This document shows, one piece after another, positions 10,427 through 20,189 of a stretch of 64,000 nucleotides of DNA (within the stretch, counting starts at the first letter, position 1; every line of letters begins with the position of its first letter). The position numbers and the translations under genes are program-made. Source of the DNA: an uncultured cyanobacterium (GTDB lineage: Bacteria > Cyanobacteriota > Cyanobacteriia > Cyanobacteriales > Nostocaceae); NCBI GenBank assembly GCA_963740315.1, contig CAVUDP010000003.1, positions 288,001 through 352,000 of the forward strand, written 5' to 3'. The notes under the pieces were generated by a model. It was not told where the DNA came from. It was given only the letters and a program-made list of their open reading frames with translations, and did no database searches.

Positions 10427-10515
10427 TTGATCGCTAGTAAGCCAAAAGGAACACTAGTCATATATTTTACTCATATTCTTGTATAAGCAGCGAGTTAAGT
10501 TACTATTTCTGATAC

Positions 10516-10572
10516 GGATGGGGGATGGGGAGATGGGGGGATGGGGGGATGGGGAGATGGGGAGATGGGGGG
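10516..10572. repeat. STRR octamer repeats (GGGGGGAT/GGGGAGAT)
   Basis: Directly visible. Confidence 0.85.
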
Positions 10573-10574
10573 TT

Positions 10575-10760
10575 TCCGAAGCTATCAAATTACCCGACGG
10601 TACTACTGCGGCTCGACCTTTTGAACCCACAGCCGTTTATGATGCAACTTGGGAAAATTTACTGTTAAATTGGAGTATTTTGGGTTTGCACGTATTAACT
10701 TATTTAACTATTACCTTTTGGCTGCTTCATCGGAAAAATATTTTTTTAAAATTATTTTAA
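10575..10760 (+). pseudogene. C-terminal remnant resembling a cyanobacterial FHA-domain ABC transporter ATPase/permease
   Basis: KLPDGT...PFEPTAVYDATWENLLLNWSILGLH...YLTITFWLLHRKNIF resembles the C-terminus of that family as recalled; no valid 5' part. Confidence 0.55.
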
Positions 10761-10792
10761 GAAACCCGATTTGTTGAAAAAAGCGGGTTTCT
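10760..10792. terminator. Inverted repeat (AGAAACCCG...CGGGTTTCT); bidirectional terminator or dispersed palindromic repeat
   Basis: Hairpin between convergent ORFs; related palindromes at 22422-22450 and 31836-31866. Confidence 0.55.
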
Positions 10793-10830
10793 GAATTTTC
10801 AGCAATAATTTTACAACATTGAAAATTCTA

Positions 10831-12339
10831 TTATTGATATTTCAAATAATCTTCTAAATCTTTAATTTGCGGGTCTTTTAATTGCTGCAACACTCGCCAA
10901 ACAATAGTATAGCTGCCGTCGGAATGACGACGAACAGGTCTAAAAGCAACTATTACATCGCTGCTTTGCATTTCTAATAATCGATCTATATAGCGACGTT
11001 GTTTTCCTGAAAGCGGCTGATTTTTAACTATGATTTCTGGTAACTGAAACTGTAAGTTACGCACTAAATAAGTATGGTTTAATTTTGCATCGACTTTATT
11101 TAAAATTGTTTTATTTTCAATTAGATTTTCATGCTTCCCGGTAATAATTTTTCGTCTTTCTACTTGCAAGGCATTTAATTTTTCGGGAGGCTGGTAATTA
11201 ATAAAAATGTCTCTTTTTTTAGCATCGATAGCTTGCAAGCTCGCGTCCAATTTATCTAAAGGTATATCTCCAATATCCGCCATAAAGCTATAATCTACTC
11301 CTTGCGGCAGAAGCTGAAACTTCCCTTTTACTATCTGAAGTGGTAAATTGGGCGTAAAGTCACTCTTGGATTTACCCAAAACTGGGAAAGGATAGCGATC
11401 CAAAACATTTTTTTGGGAGCGATTCTCCAGAGTATTCAAGGGACGAAGATAAGCTCGATCTGGCAATACGCGGAAAATACCCGTATTAGGCATTGATAGC
11501 AATTTTTGATAAGTTTGCTTTTCTTGGAGGTCAACATCGTAGGCTAAACGGTCTAATTTCGCAGCAGTTTGTTTGGGATTGTGAAACTTATTCGGATCGG
11601 GAAATTCAGATATTGCTACTGCTAAAAACTTTTCTGCATTTTCTAAGGTTCTCAGCGCTGCGGATGGTGGTTTAATTGCTGGTTGAACTGGTGGAATGTA
11701 ATTGGCGATCGCTGTTTTTTTCCTTGTGCCAATATAAAGTGAAGCGCTCGTTTCTACGGAAGGTTCTAAAATAGCATAAGGAACAGCCAGTTTATCCAGA
11801 TTTGGACGAGTGACTGGAGACTTAGGTAGCACTGGATCGGATTGCTTTTCTCCGCTCACTAAAGGCAATTCTCTCACCAAAGCTAATTCACCGCGTCGAG
11901 ATAAAAGTCTATCCAATACTGGAGTAAGTTTAGATAATTCTCGGCTGGAATTATACAATGAACAGTAAATATTTGAATTCGAGGCACTCAAAGGAGGTAT
12001 AGAATCAACAGAAATACTAGAACCTTGATTTTTGCACAAAGCTTGGGGATAAGGATATTGGCGTTTGAGGAAATTTTCTACCACTACAGTGTGCGTAATT
12101 AATTGTCCTCCCACGGCTCGCATTTTGTTAGGATCGGGATGTGATAGCGCTTGCTCGATCCGAGCAATTAAGTTTATTTGCTGCTGTACTAACCTCGAAA
12201 CAAGATCGAAGCTTTCCTTTTGAGTTGACTTCTGATGATGATTTGGAGAAGATTGTAAATCAGCCTTAAGTGCAAAAGCGCTTTCAAGGTTGGCTAGCAA
12301 GCAAAAAGGAAGCAAAAAACTAAAAAAGGTGTATTTCAT
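10831..12339 (-). CDS. Hypothetical secreted protein (502 aa)
   Basis: Long ORF with signal-peptide-like N-terminus MKYTFFSFLLPFCLLANLESAFA. Confidence 0.8.
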   Translation of the reverse strand: MKYTFFSFLLPFCLLANLESAFALKADLQSSPNHHQKSTQKESFDLVSRLVQQQINLIARIEQALSHPDPNKMRAVGGQLITHTVVVENFLKRQYPYPQALCKNQGSSISVDSIPPLSASNSNIYCSLYNSSRELSKLTPVLDRLLSRRGELALVRELPLVSGEKQSDPVLPKSPVTRPNLDKLAVPYAILEPSVETSASLYIGTRKKTAIANYIPPVQPAIKPPSAALRTLENAEKFLAVAISEFPDPNKFHNPKQTAAKLDRLAYDVDLQEKQTYQKLLSMPNTGIFRVLPDRAYLRPLNTLENRSQKNVLDRYPFPVLGKSKSDFTPNLPLQIVKGKFQLLPQGVDYSFMADIGDIPLDKLDASLQAIDAKKRDIFINYQPPEKLNALQVERRKIITGKHENLIENKTILNKVDAKLNHTYLVRNLQFQLPEIIVKNQPLSGKQRRYIDRLLEMQSSDVIVAFRPVRRHSDGSYTIVWRVLQQLKDPQIKDLEDYLKYQ

Positions 12340-12431
12340 GTCAAAAGTCTAATAGAAGATTACAGTGTGAAAAAACTAAAATAGAGATTAAAACAACTAT
12401 TTTATTAAAGCCGTCAGTCCATTCTACTTTC

Positions 12432-12490
12432 ACCCTTCGGGTTCGCCACTTTGACGGGACAGAAACTGACACCGCCGAGTAGTCTCACCG
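12432..12490. repeat. Structured dispersed repeat (CCCTTCGGGTTC...TCACCG), SDR-like
   Basis: Shares both termini with the reverse complement of 35553-35622. Confidence 0.5.
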
Positions 12491-12513
12491 AAAGTTATAA
12501 CGGTTTGTGACCA

Positions 12514-13725
12514 GTGTTGAAACAATATTTGATGCAAGCTTCTCAGGGACAGCTTATTAATTCAGAAGCCCCACTACAACTGTTGCTATTTGTAGATGAA
12601 CGTCCCAAGTCCCGATTACAAATACAGCAGATTCGCTCCTATCTCACACAATTGCAGCTCGAATATGATTTTGAAATGCAGGTTGTTGATGTGGGAGAGC
12701 AACCCCATTTAGCCGAACATTTTAAGTTAGTCGCCACACCAGCACTAATCAAGATTCATCCGGAACCCCGACAAGTCCTAGCTGGTAGCAATATCGTTTC
12801 TCAACTGAAAACTTGGTGGTCCCGATGGCAAATTAGCGTAGAATCCTACCTGCAAGTACAGCACGACTTTAAACAAGCTGTAGAAAGTGACCCTGATGGA
12901 TATATCAAAAAATCTCAGATTCCCATCAATTCGCTAGCAATTTCTTCCGAAATCATTGAGCTTAGCGATGAAGTTTTCCGTTTAAAGCAAGAAAAACAGC
13001 AGCTTGAAGAACAGATAGTGTTTAAAGATCGCGCGATCGCCATGTTAGCGCACGATCTCCGCAACCCCCTTACAGCAGCAATCATCGCCATAGATACCTT
13101 AAAATCTAATTTCAATAGCGATTCAGGTGAATTTAGGCGATTAAAACCAGCATTAACCGCCCATTTGTTTAATCACGCCCGCACTCAAACTAAAGTAATC
13201 GAGAAAATGATTACCGATCTTTTGCAGGTAGGGCGCGGTAAAGATACAAAAATTCCGATATCGCCTCAAAAAATAGTTTTAGGTAATCTTTGTCTGGAAG
13301 TACTCGAAGAATTAAGCGAATCCTGTAAAGCCAAATCTCTAAAAATAGAAAAAGATATTCCTCAAGATTTGCCATACGTTTATGCAGATCCCGAACGCAT
13401 ACGCCAAGTACTGATAAACCTTCTGGATAACGCCATCAAATATACGCCTCCCCAAGGTAAAATTACCATTGCCGGTTTGCATCGTACCAGCCAAAAAGTG
13501 CAGTTTAGCATCGGTGATAGCGGTCCGGGTATTCCCGAAGAAAATCGATCTCGCATTTTTGAAAACCGCTTTCGTTTAGAACGAGATGAAGCTAAGGATG
13601 GTTATGGTATTGGCTTGAATTTATGTGAAAAAATTGTCCAAGCCCATTACGGTCAAATCTGGGTAGATACCGCACCTACTGGAGGAGCTTGGTTTCACTT
13701 TATACTCCCTATTTATCCGAGTTAA
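12514..13725 (+). CDS. sasA: Adaptive-response/circadian output histidine kinase SasA
   Basis: N-terminal KaiB-like domain ([31 protein letters not shown]), His[10 protein letters not shown], HATPase [21 protein letters not shown]. Confidence 0.92.
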   Translation: MLKQYLMQASQGQLINSEAPLQLLLFVDERPKSRLQIQQIRSYLTQLQLEYDFEMQVVDVGEQPHLAEHFKLVATPALIKIHPEPRQVLAGSNIVSQLKTWWSRWQISVESYLQVQHDFKQAVESDPDGYIKKSQIPINSLAISSEIIELSDEVFRLKQEKQQLEEQIVFKDRAIAMLAHDLRNPLTAAIIAIDTLKSNFNSDSGEFRRLKPALTAHLFNHARTQTKVIEKMITDLLQVGRGKDTKIPISPQKIVLGNLCLEVLEELSESCKAKSLKIEKDIPQDLPYVYADPERIRQVLINLLDNAIKYTPPQGKITIAGLHRTSQKVQFSIGDSGPGIPEENRSRIFENRFRLERDEAKDGYGIGLNLCEKIVQAHYGQIWVDTAPTGGAWFHFILPIYPS

Positions 13726-13767
13726 TTAAGGGAGTAGGCAGTAGGGAGTGGGGAGTAGGGAAGAGTT

Positions 13768-14205
13768 TTATTTAATTAACTGCTTTCGGTTAGCTACTTT
13801 TTGCTGTAGGGCTGTAATAATTTGAAAATTTGCAGCGGGGAAATTAAATTGTTCTAATTTTTCTAAGTTTACCCAGCGAATTTCATCGCATTCCAATGGT
13901 TGGGGAACACCTTGAAGGTGGCGACATTCGTGTACGGTGAGAGTAACTTGTAAATCGGTATAAGTATGGTTAATAGTAATGAGATGCTCGCCAACTTCAA
14001 TATCTATTGCCAATTCTTCATCAATTTCTCGCTTAATACATTCTTCTATAGTTTCACCTGGTTCTATTTTGCCACCAGGAAACTCCCATAAACCCCCCAT
14101 CGCTCCTTCTTGACGACGGCGATCGATCAAAATCTGCTCTTTATCGTTCCAAATTACAGCGACACCGATAATTTTATGAGGCGGGGGAGAAATATTTGGA
14201 TTCAT
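13768..14205 (-). CDS. mutT: 8-oxo-dGTP diphosphatase (Nudix)
   Basis: Nudix box GGKIEPGETIEECIKREIDEEL; WEFPGG; FPAAN. Confidence 0.88.
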   Translation of the reverse strand: MNPNISPPPHKIIGVAVIWNDKEQILIDRRRQEGAMGGLWEFPGGKIEPGETIEECIKREIDEELAIDIEVGEHLITINHTYTDLQVTLTVHECRHLQGVPQPLECDEIRWVNLEKLEQFNFPAANFQIITALQQKVANRKQLIK

Positions 14206-14240
14206 ATTATAAGTAAATAAATAAGTTTAATTTTATATTT

Positions 14241-14356
14241 TACCTGGCGCTTTGTTACCGCGTCTACACAGGCAAAGTCCACCTGCGTGGACTAAAAATT
14301 TTAAACCCGCGCAGGCGGGTTTCGTTTGTGTAGCAGCGGTAACAAAGCGCCCGGTA
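14241..14356. mobile_element. MITE/REP-like element with long terminal inverted repeats and two internal hairpins
   Basis: GGCGCTTTGTTACCGC..CTACACA pairs with TGTGTAG..GCGGTAACAAAGCGCC; internal AGTCCAC/GTGGACT and AAACCCGC/GCGGGTTT hairpins. Confidence 0.7.
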
Positions 14357-14391
14357 TATTGGACTTAACCTAAAACCGCGATATAAACCTT

Positions 14392-14931
14392 CTAAGATTT
14401 CACATCCAGCAAACCTTCTTCCTTCAACTTGGGATTAAACCTCACCTGCATTTGTAAACCCCGCGCTTCTAACTGTTTCAAAATATCAGCTTCAACTCTT
14501 CGCGCTACATTTTTGATAATTTTTATCTTCGCGATTTCATCATGAATGGGTCGATCAAAATTAGCTTGTTCTTCTGGAGTAATCAAAGCTTTCGCATCAA
14601 TTGGAGCAACCCATTTCTGTTTATTTTCTCCATTCCCCATAGGTAAACTACCATTTTCAGCAATCCAGGCTTGCTCGATTTCTTCTAAAATTTTACGACT
14701 GGGACGTTCAATAGTTTCTACTTTTACCCAATAGCAATATTGCGGTTGTCGCACTAAATGCTGTCTAAAACTTAAAAAAACATCGCGAGAGTAACCGACA
14801 AATTGCAGCGCTTTTTCTCGATCGAAAATTGCGTAAACTCCTATTTTTCCTTGATATTGTTCGGGTAATTCACCGTTTTCATCAATATAAGGAATAAATT
14901 CTAAACTTGTTAATTCGGGAATATTTGTCAT
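14392..14931 (-). CDS. GIY-YIG-like domain protein (conserved cyanobacterial)
   Basis: GVYAIFD...QFVGYSRD motif. Confidence 0.8.
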   Translation of the reverse strand: MTNIPELTSLEFIPYIDENGELPEQYQGKIGVYAIFDREKALQFVGYSRDVFLSFRQHLVRQPQYCYWVKVETIERPSRKILEEIEQAWIAENGSLPMGNGENKQKWVAPIDAKALITPEEQANFDRPIHDEIAKIKIIKNVARRVEADILKQLEARGLQMQVRFNPKLKEEGLLDVKS

Positions 14932-14945
14932 TTTCAGTGAGCAGT

Positions 14946-14974
14946 GTTAGCGTAGCGTGTCGCGACAGCGACAT
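14946..14974 (+). repeat. Very small dispersed repeat (SDR-like) inserted in an AGTGAGC tandem repeat
   Basis: GTTAGCGTAGCGTGTCGCGACAGCGACAT, related to the reverse complement of 23804-23830 and 23885-23911. Confidence 0.65.
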
Positions 14975-15047
14975 GCAGTGAGCAGTTATCAGTTAGAGTT
15001 AGCAGTTAATAATTTACAACTAACAATTAGTAGCTAACCAACAACCT

Positions 15048-15368
15048 TCAAATTTTTTTATAAATCGCACATAGCCGACTTGGTTTAAAAATCTTGGCTT
15101 TAAACATAAAATTTGGCGGTACGTTTAGAATTGCGTAGTCTCCAGATTCGTGATATTTTTCAAATTCTGCTGGCATTCCTTTGGGTGTCGCGCTACTGTA
15201 AGGAACCGGCTGAAATAGTAATTCTGTAAATTCTACTTGTTCGCAATTTGACTGCTGACAAACCTGTTTTAAGAAGCTTTCGTTTGTTAGCAGTTCAAAT
15301 AAAGTTGCTTTAGCTTGTGGTTCTAAAGTGAAATTACTGTCAAAACTTTGAATAATTTTTAAAGCCAT
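15048..15368 (-). CDS. Hypothetical protein (106 aa from ATG at 15368)
   Basis: ORF MALKIIQSFD...LCAIYKKI; the upstream TTG extension looks non-coding. Confidence 0.7.
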   Translation of the reverse strand: MALKIIQSFDSNFTLEPQAKATLFELLTNESFLKQVCQQSNCEQVEFTELLFQPVPYSSATPKGMPAEFEKYHESGDYAILNVPPNFMFKAKIFKPSRLCAIYKKI

Positions 15369-15585
15369 CTTACATATAATCTTGTGCCTATAGAATTTTA
15401 AAACTGCTAAGTGCATTAAAGAAAGTGTTTGAAACGAAAAATAATAAATCTTTGCAAAGCTAGAAAAAGAAAGCAAAAATTATGTCTTGATTGAGAATTT
15501 GTCAGTTCAATTGAGGATAAAAAGCCGAGTTAAGAAAATTATGTTGCTTCTGTGTTAGTTGCATATCTTAATTTGGGAACTATAG

Positions 15586-16074
15586 ATGAAGATAATTATA
15601 CAGAGATTAGTAATCATGGATTTAACAAATCTAAAGTGGACTAAAAATGTAAGACATCCAGACGGTGAGTTATGGGCTTATCCAAATGTTAATACTGGGG
15701 ATTTATTTAAACTTAATTGGAAAAAAGACACAAATAACGCTGATAAACCCCAAAAAGATGATTTGATTTTGTTAAGACAAAAGGGTTATGTAACTCATTT
15801 GGTCAAAGTCTTAGATTATAAGCACGAACGAGAAAGTTTGGAAGGTGATTACAACATTTATCGGATTGTTGAAACACTTTGGGCTATTGACTTTAATCAT
15901 CCACTTGATTCAGCAAAATCCGAGAATGTATTTGAATATGATGAAGTTTTGACTTATCAAGGTGGTAACGTGATGCAATTGGAAAACTTACCAAGTTTAA
16001 ACAAATATTGGGATAATAAGGGTGGTTTTGAAGAGTTTAAAAACTGTGTTTGTATAAAGCTTAGTTTGTTCTAA
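15586..16074 (+). CDS. Hypothetical protein (start may be the ATG at 15616)
   Basis: 162-aa ORF with globular composition, followed by a hairpin. Confidence 0.7.
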   Translation: MKIIIQRLVIMDLTNLKWTKNVRHPDGELWAYPNVNTGDLFKLNWKKDTNNADKPQKDDLILLRQKGYVTHLVKVLDYKHERESLEGDYNIYRIVETLWAIDFNHPLDSAKSENVFEYDEVLTYQGGNVMQLENLPSLNKYWDNKGGFEEFKNCVCIKLSLF

Positions 16075-16085
16075 AATCAAAAATA

Positions 16086-16111
16086 AAAAACCCCCAAAAT
16101 TGGGGGCAAAA
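16086..16111. terminator. Putative bidirectional terminator hairpin CCCCCAAAATTGGGGG
   Basis: Palindrome with A-tracts between convergent genes. Confidence 0.5.
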
Positions 16112-16138
16112 TCAAATAATTTAATTCAAATGAAATAC

Positions 16139-16762
16139 TTAAAGTAAATACAAAATACCGAAAAGCACAATCCAAATTACATCAACAAAGTGCCAATATA
16201 GTTCAGCAGCTTCGATACCGAAATGATGTTCGTCGCTGTAATGATCTTTTTTAAGCGATCGCCACAATACAGCTAATATTGCTAAAACTCCGACTGTAAC
16301 GTGCAATCCGTGGAAACCTGTCAACACGTAAAATGCACTAGCGAACAAATTGGTTGTTAAACCGAATTCTAAATGTTTGTATTCGTAAATTTGACCGCAT
16401 AAAAAGATAATTCCCATCACAGCGGTGATTGCAAACCACATTTGCATTCCCCGCACGTTGTTCTTTTTAATCGCGGTATCGGCCTTGTGAATTACAAAAC
16501 TACTAGAAATTAGAATTATCGTATTGATACCGGGGAGTAATAATTCTAACTCTGGGGTACCTGCGGGAGGCCATTCAGCTAAGGTAGAACGGAAAGCAAA
16601 GTATGCACCGAACATACCCAAGAAAATCATTCCTTCAGCTACAAGGAATACAACTAATCCAAACAAACGATGGTCTGGATGTTCTGCGTGTTGTGCTTCT
16701 ACGGTAGCTGCGCGATGGTGATTTTGTTCTGTTTTTGCTGGATCGATTGCTGGACTTTGCAT
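16139..16762 (-). CDS. coxC: Cytochrome c oxidase subunit III
   Basis: TGFHGLHV and YWHFVDVIW motifs; last gene of coxBAC. Confidence 0.95.
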   Translation of the reverse strand: MQSPAIDPAKTEQNHHRAATVEAQHAEHPDHRLFGLVVFLVAEGMIFLGMFGAYFAFRSTLAEWPPAGTPELELLLPGINTIILISSSFVIHKADTAIKKNNVRGMQMWFAITAVMGIIFLCGQIYEYKHLEFGLTTNLFASAFYVLTGFHGLHVTVGVLAILAVLWRSLKKDHYSDEHHFGIEAAELYWHFVDVIWIVLFGILYLL

Positions 16763-16793
16763 AAATTTTTAATTAAGTATGAATATTTTCTGG

Positions 16794-16854
16794 AACCTCA
16801 CCCCGTCCTCTGGACACCCCTCTCCTTACTAAGGAGAGGGGAGGGGGTGAGGTT
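16794..16854. repeat. Palindromic REP-like repeat between coxA and coxC
   Basis: AACCTCACCCC...CCCCTCTCCTT/AAGGAGAGGGG...GGGGTGAGGTT nested inverted repeats. Confidence 0.7.
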
Positions 16855-16875
16855 TTTGCGATAATTAACGTGCCT

Positions 16876-18612
16876 TTATCCCGCTTCAGTTGCGATCGCC
16901 GGATATGATTCATCTGGATCGCTCGTTCGTGGTGCCGGGGATTTGGCATTACCGAAGGGATCGTCGGTATGGGATAAGGCTACAACTTGTTTCGCTCTTT
17001 CGGTTCCGTATTCGTAAGGTCCAATAAGTAGGAAAGGGTGTGACTCAAAGTTCTCGATCGCTGGTGGTGAAGTGGTCATCCACTCTAGTGTCAAAGAATC
17101 CCAAGGATTGTTATTTGCTTTTTTACCCGCTCTCCAACTCCAAAGCACGTTGATGATGAAAGGTATTGTAGACACCGCCAAGATGTAAGAACCGTAGGTA
17201 CAAAATTCGTTGATAGCAGCAAATTTGGGGTCGTACATAGCGATACGGCGATTCATACCCATCAAACCCAATTGGTGCATGGGTAAGAAAGTCATATTCA
17301 TGCCGACAATTGTTAGGGCAAAATGAATTCTACCCAAGGTTTCATTAACCATGCGTCCAGTAATTTTGGGGAACCAGTGATAGTAACCGGCGAAAATTCC
17401 CAGAACCGAACCACCGAATAACACGTAATGTAAGTGGGCAACGACAAAATAAGTGTCGTGTACGTGAATATCAAAAGGCACCGCAGCCAACATTACACCA
17501 CTGATACCGCCAATTACGAAGATACCTAAAAAGCCCATTGCAAAAAGCATAGCGCTGTTGAGACGAAGTTTTCCACCCCACATTGTTGCCAACCAACTGA
17601 AGATTTTAATACCAGTAGGTACGGCGATCACCATAGTGGTAATCATGAAAAACATCCGCAACCAACCGGGAATACCGCTGGTAAACATATGGTGCGCCCA
17701 AACAATCAAACCCAAAAAGCTAATTGCCAGAGAAGAATAGGCGATCGCTTTATAACCAAAAATCGGTTTGCGGGAATTAGTAGGTATGACTTCCGAAATT
17801 ACCCCGAAAAAGGGCAAAATCATGATGTAAACCGCAGGGTGGGAGTAAAACCAGAACATATGCTGGTAAACTACCGGATTACCACCGCCAGTTGGGTTAA
17901 AAAAGGCGGTTCCGGCAATTAAGTCAAAAGAAAGTAGAATTAGTGCGCCTGCTAACACTGGAGTTGAAATTAAAACCAGTGCTGAGGTAGCTAACATTGC
18001 CCAGCAAAATAATGGCAGTTGATGAAAACCGATGCCTGGGGCACGCATTTTTAACAAAGTTACCAGAAAATTGATGGCACCCAAAATTGAAGAGGTACCC
18101 AGCAGCAGGATACTACCAATCCAAATCGCTTCACCTACCTGCCCGGTAACTAAACTCAACGGAGGGTAAGAAGTCCAACCCGCATCTGGTGCATCGCCAA
18201 CAATTAAACTGCTAATTAGCAATATGCCAGAAGGAGGAACCATCCAGAAAGCGAGGGCATTTAATTTTGGAAATGCCATATCCTCAGCCCCAATCATCAA
18301 GGGAATCAGATAGTTAGCAAAACCCGCACCCGCTGGCACAATCCACAGAAAAATCATGATTGTGGCGTGCAGCGTAAACAAACTATTGTAAAGTTCGGGA
18401 CTTACAAAGTCTGAAGCAGGAGTTCGCAATTCAGTGCGAACCAAATCCGCCATTACACCGCCGATACAGTAAAAAATGAATGTAGTAACTAAGTACTGAA
18501 TCCCAATTACCTTATGGTCGGTATTAAAAGTAAAATACTCCCACCATTTTCTTTGACGATGATGTGAAGTATCAGCTGTATGGGCTGAATGTTCCAACTG
18601 TGCTTGTGTCAT
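16876..18612 (-). CDS. coxA: Cytochrome c oxidase subunit I
   Basis: DHKVIG, GWTSYPPL, WFYSHPAVY, VWAHHMF, HDTYFVVAHLHYV heme/Cu ligands. Confidence 0.97.
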   Translation of the reverse strand: MTQAQLEHSAHTADTSHHRQRKWWEYFTFNTDHKVIGIQYLVTTFIFYCIGGVMADLVRTELRTPASDFVSPELYNSLFTLHATIMIFLWIVPAGAGFANYLIPLMIGAEDMAFPKLNALAFWMVPPSGILLISSLIVGDAPDAGWTSYPPLSLVTGQVGEAIWIGSILLLGTSSILGAINFLVTLLKMRAPGIGFHQLPLFCWAMLATSALVLISTPVLAGALILLSFDLIAGTAFFNPTGGGNPVVYQHMFWFYSHPAVYIMILPFFGVISEVIPTNSRKPIFGYKAIAYSSLAISFLGLIVWAHHMFTSGIPGWLRMFFMITTMVIAVPTGIKIFSWLATMWGGKLRLNSAMLFAMGFLGIFVIGGISGVMLAAVPFDIHVHDTYFVVAHLHYVLFGGSVLGIFAGYYHWFPKITGRMVNETLGRIHFALTIVGMNMTFLPMHQLGLMGMNRRIAMYDPKFAAINEFCTYGSYILAVSTIPFIINVLWSWRAGKKANNNPWDSLTLEWMTTSPPAIENFESHPFLLIGPYEYGTERAKQVVALSHTDDPFGNAKSPAPRTSDPDESYPAIATEAG

Positions 18613-18699
18613 AAAAATTTTTGTTAGTTTTTAGGTTTTAGTTATTAGTTGTTCCACTAACTCCTTAAAAGACGTAGCAGTGCTACGTCTCTACAATAA

Positions 18700-19722
18700 C
18701 TAGTTATGAATTTGGTGTAACATTTGTGATGAAATTCCCATCTCGCTGGTGTAGGGAGCAAGAAATTCATCCGCTGACAATTCTGCGGGATTAACAGCAA
18801 CTGCTTGATTGAATGTTTCAATGCTCGCAACTTGCTGTTCTTTAATCCAGTTATCAAATTCTTCAGGGGTTTCAACAATAACTTTCGTATTCATGGCACC
18901 GTGATAGGGACCGCAAAGTTCGGCGCAAATGACCTTATAATCGCCTGCTATTTTAGGTGTAAACCGAAGTTCTGTATTCATTCCAGGAATTAAATCTTGC
19001 TTAAGGCGAAATTCCGGTACCCAAAAAGCATGAATTACATCATTTGCTGCCATATCGAGTTTTACTTCTCTACCAATGGGAACGTGTAACTCACCAGAAA
19101 AAACATTACTTTCAGGATAGTTAAACAGGAAAGCATACTGCAAACCAGTAACTTTTACTAACAAATCCGGCTGTTTACCTTGATTTTCAGGACTAGCGCC
19201 TACTTTAGGAGAAACTATACCCGTAGCGGGAGCATTTTCTTTTTCGGGAAGCTGGTCGATATTTCTGACATCTGAAGCATCAGGATTGTCTAAAGTTGCT
19301 GCTATAGCTGCACCAGGCATTGATGTGGCGCTTGAAGCTATAGGAGATTCCTGAGTCTCCATCGGATTAAATCCGCCAATTGAATTGTATACATCAAAAC
19401 TGTAAACAGAAATACCGAGAACAATGATAGCTGGAATTGCCGTCCAGAGAATTTCTAACGGTACATTACCATGAATCGGTTCGGCATCTGTATCATCTCC
19501 CTTACGACGGCGGTATCTGAAGGCAGTAAAAATCAAAACACCTTCAACGATGAGAAATATGCCCACAGAAACAGTCATCATCGTATTAAACAAGCCATCT
19601 ACCAGAACAGCCTCATCCGAAGCCGCTGTAGGCAATAGACCATGATTTTGACCGAACCAGAAACTGGTCAAGGTCAGCAGAATACCAATTAATAACGTCC
19701 AGATTGTACTTGGAATATTCAC
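18700..19722 (-). CDS. coxB: Cytochrome c oxidase subunit II (CuA-containing)
   Basis: DVIHAFWVP and CAELCGPYHGAM CuA motif; LEILWTAIP. Confidence 0.96.
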   Translation of the reverse strand: MNIPSTIWTLLIGILLTLTSFWFGQNHGLLPTAASDEAVLVDGLFNTMMTVSVGIFLIVEGVLIFTAFRYRRRKGDDTDAEPIHGNVPLEILWTAIPAIIVLGISVYSFDVYNSIGGFNPMETQESPIASSATSMPGAAIAATLDNPDASDVRNIDQLPEKENAPATGIVSPKVGASPENQGKQPDLLVKVTGLQYAFLFNYPESNVFSGELHVPIGREVKLDMAANDVIHAFWVPEFRLKQDLIPGMNTELRFTPKIAGDYKVICAELCGPYHGAMNTKVIVETPEEFDNWIKEQQVASIETFNQAVAVNPAELSADEFLAPYTSEMGISSQMLHQIHN

Positions 19723-19844
19723 GGTTGATAATAGTTAACGGCTTTACTAGATAAATTTAGAACTACTCACATACTAAGTTAGTCTAGGCAATTACCATTG
19801 AGTGTAACAAGTAAAAATCTTTATTATTTTTTAGGCTAGGTAGT

Positions 19845-20007
19845 GGGAGAGGGGGAGATGGGGAGAGGGGGGAGAGGAGGGAGAGGGGGAAGAGGGGGAG
19901 AGGGGGGGACAAGGAGACAAGGGGATGGGGAGATGGGGAGATGGAGAGATGGGAAATAACTCCTAACTCCTAACTCCTAACTCCTCACTCCCAATTCCCA
20001 ATCCCCG
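19845..20007. repeat. STRR purine-rich and ACTCCTA repeats in the divergent coxB/ctaA intergenic region
   Basis: Directly visible. Confidence 0.85.
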
Positions 20008-20189
20008 ATTCATGACAACCTAAAAAATCTCTAAAGCTTTCGGCTACATTTTCAAATTGCGATCCAGAGTATAAGAAGAAAGCTTCTTTTTAATAGAGGC
20101 GTTTGCGCTAGTGTGGAGTTGAGAATATGTATTTCAGTTATGAAAATTAAGGTAGCTTCGGGTTTCAGGTATAAGAGAAGGTAAATTAG

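Noticed and set aside
14392..14931. GIY-YIG protein as a homing endonuclease or mobile element
   Set aside because: No intron or intein context; it resembles a conserved stand-alone cyanobacterial protein.
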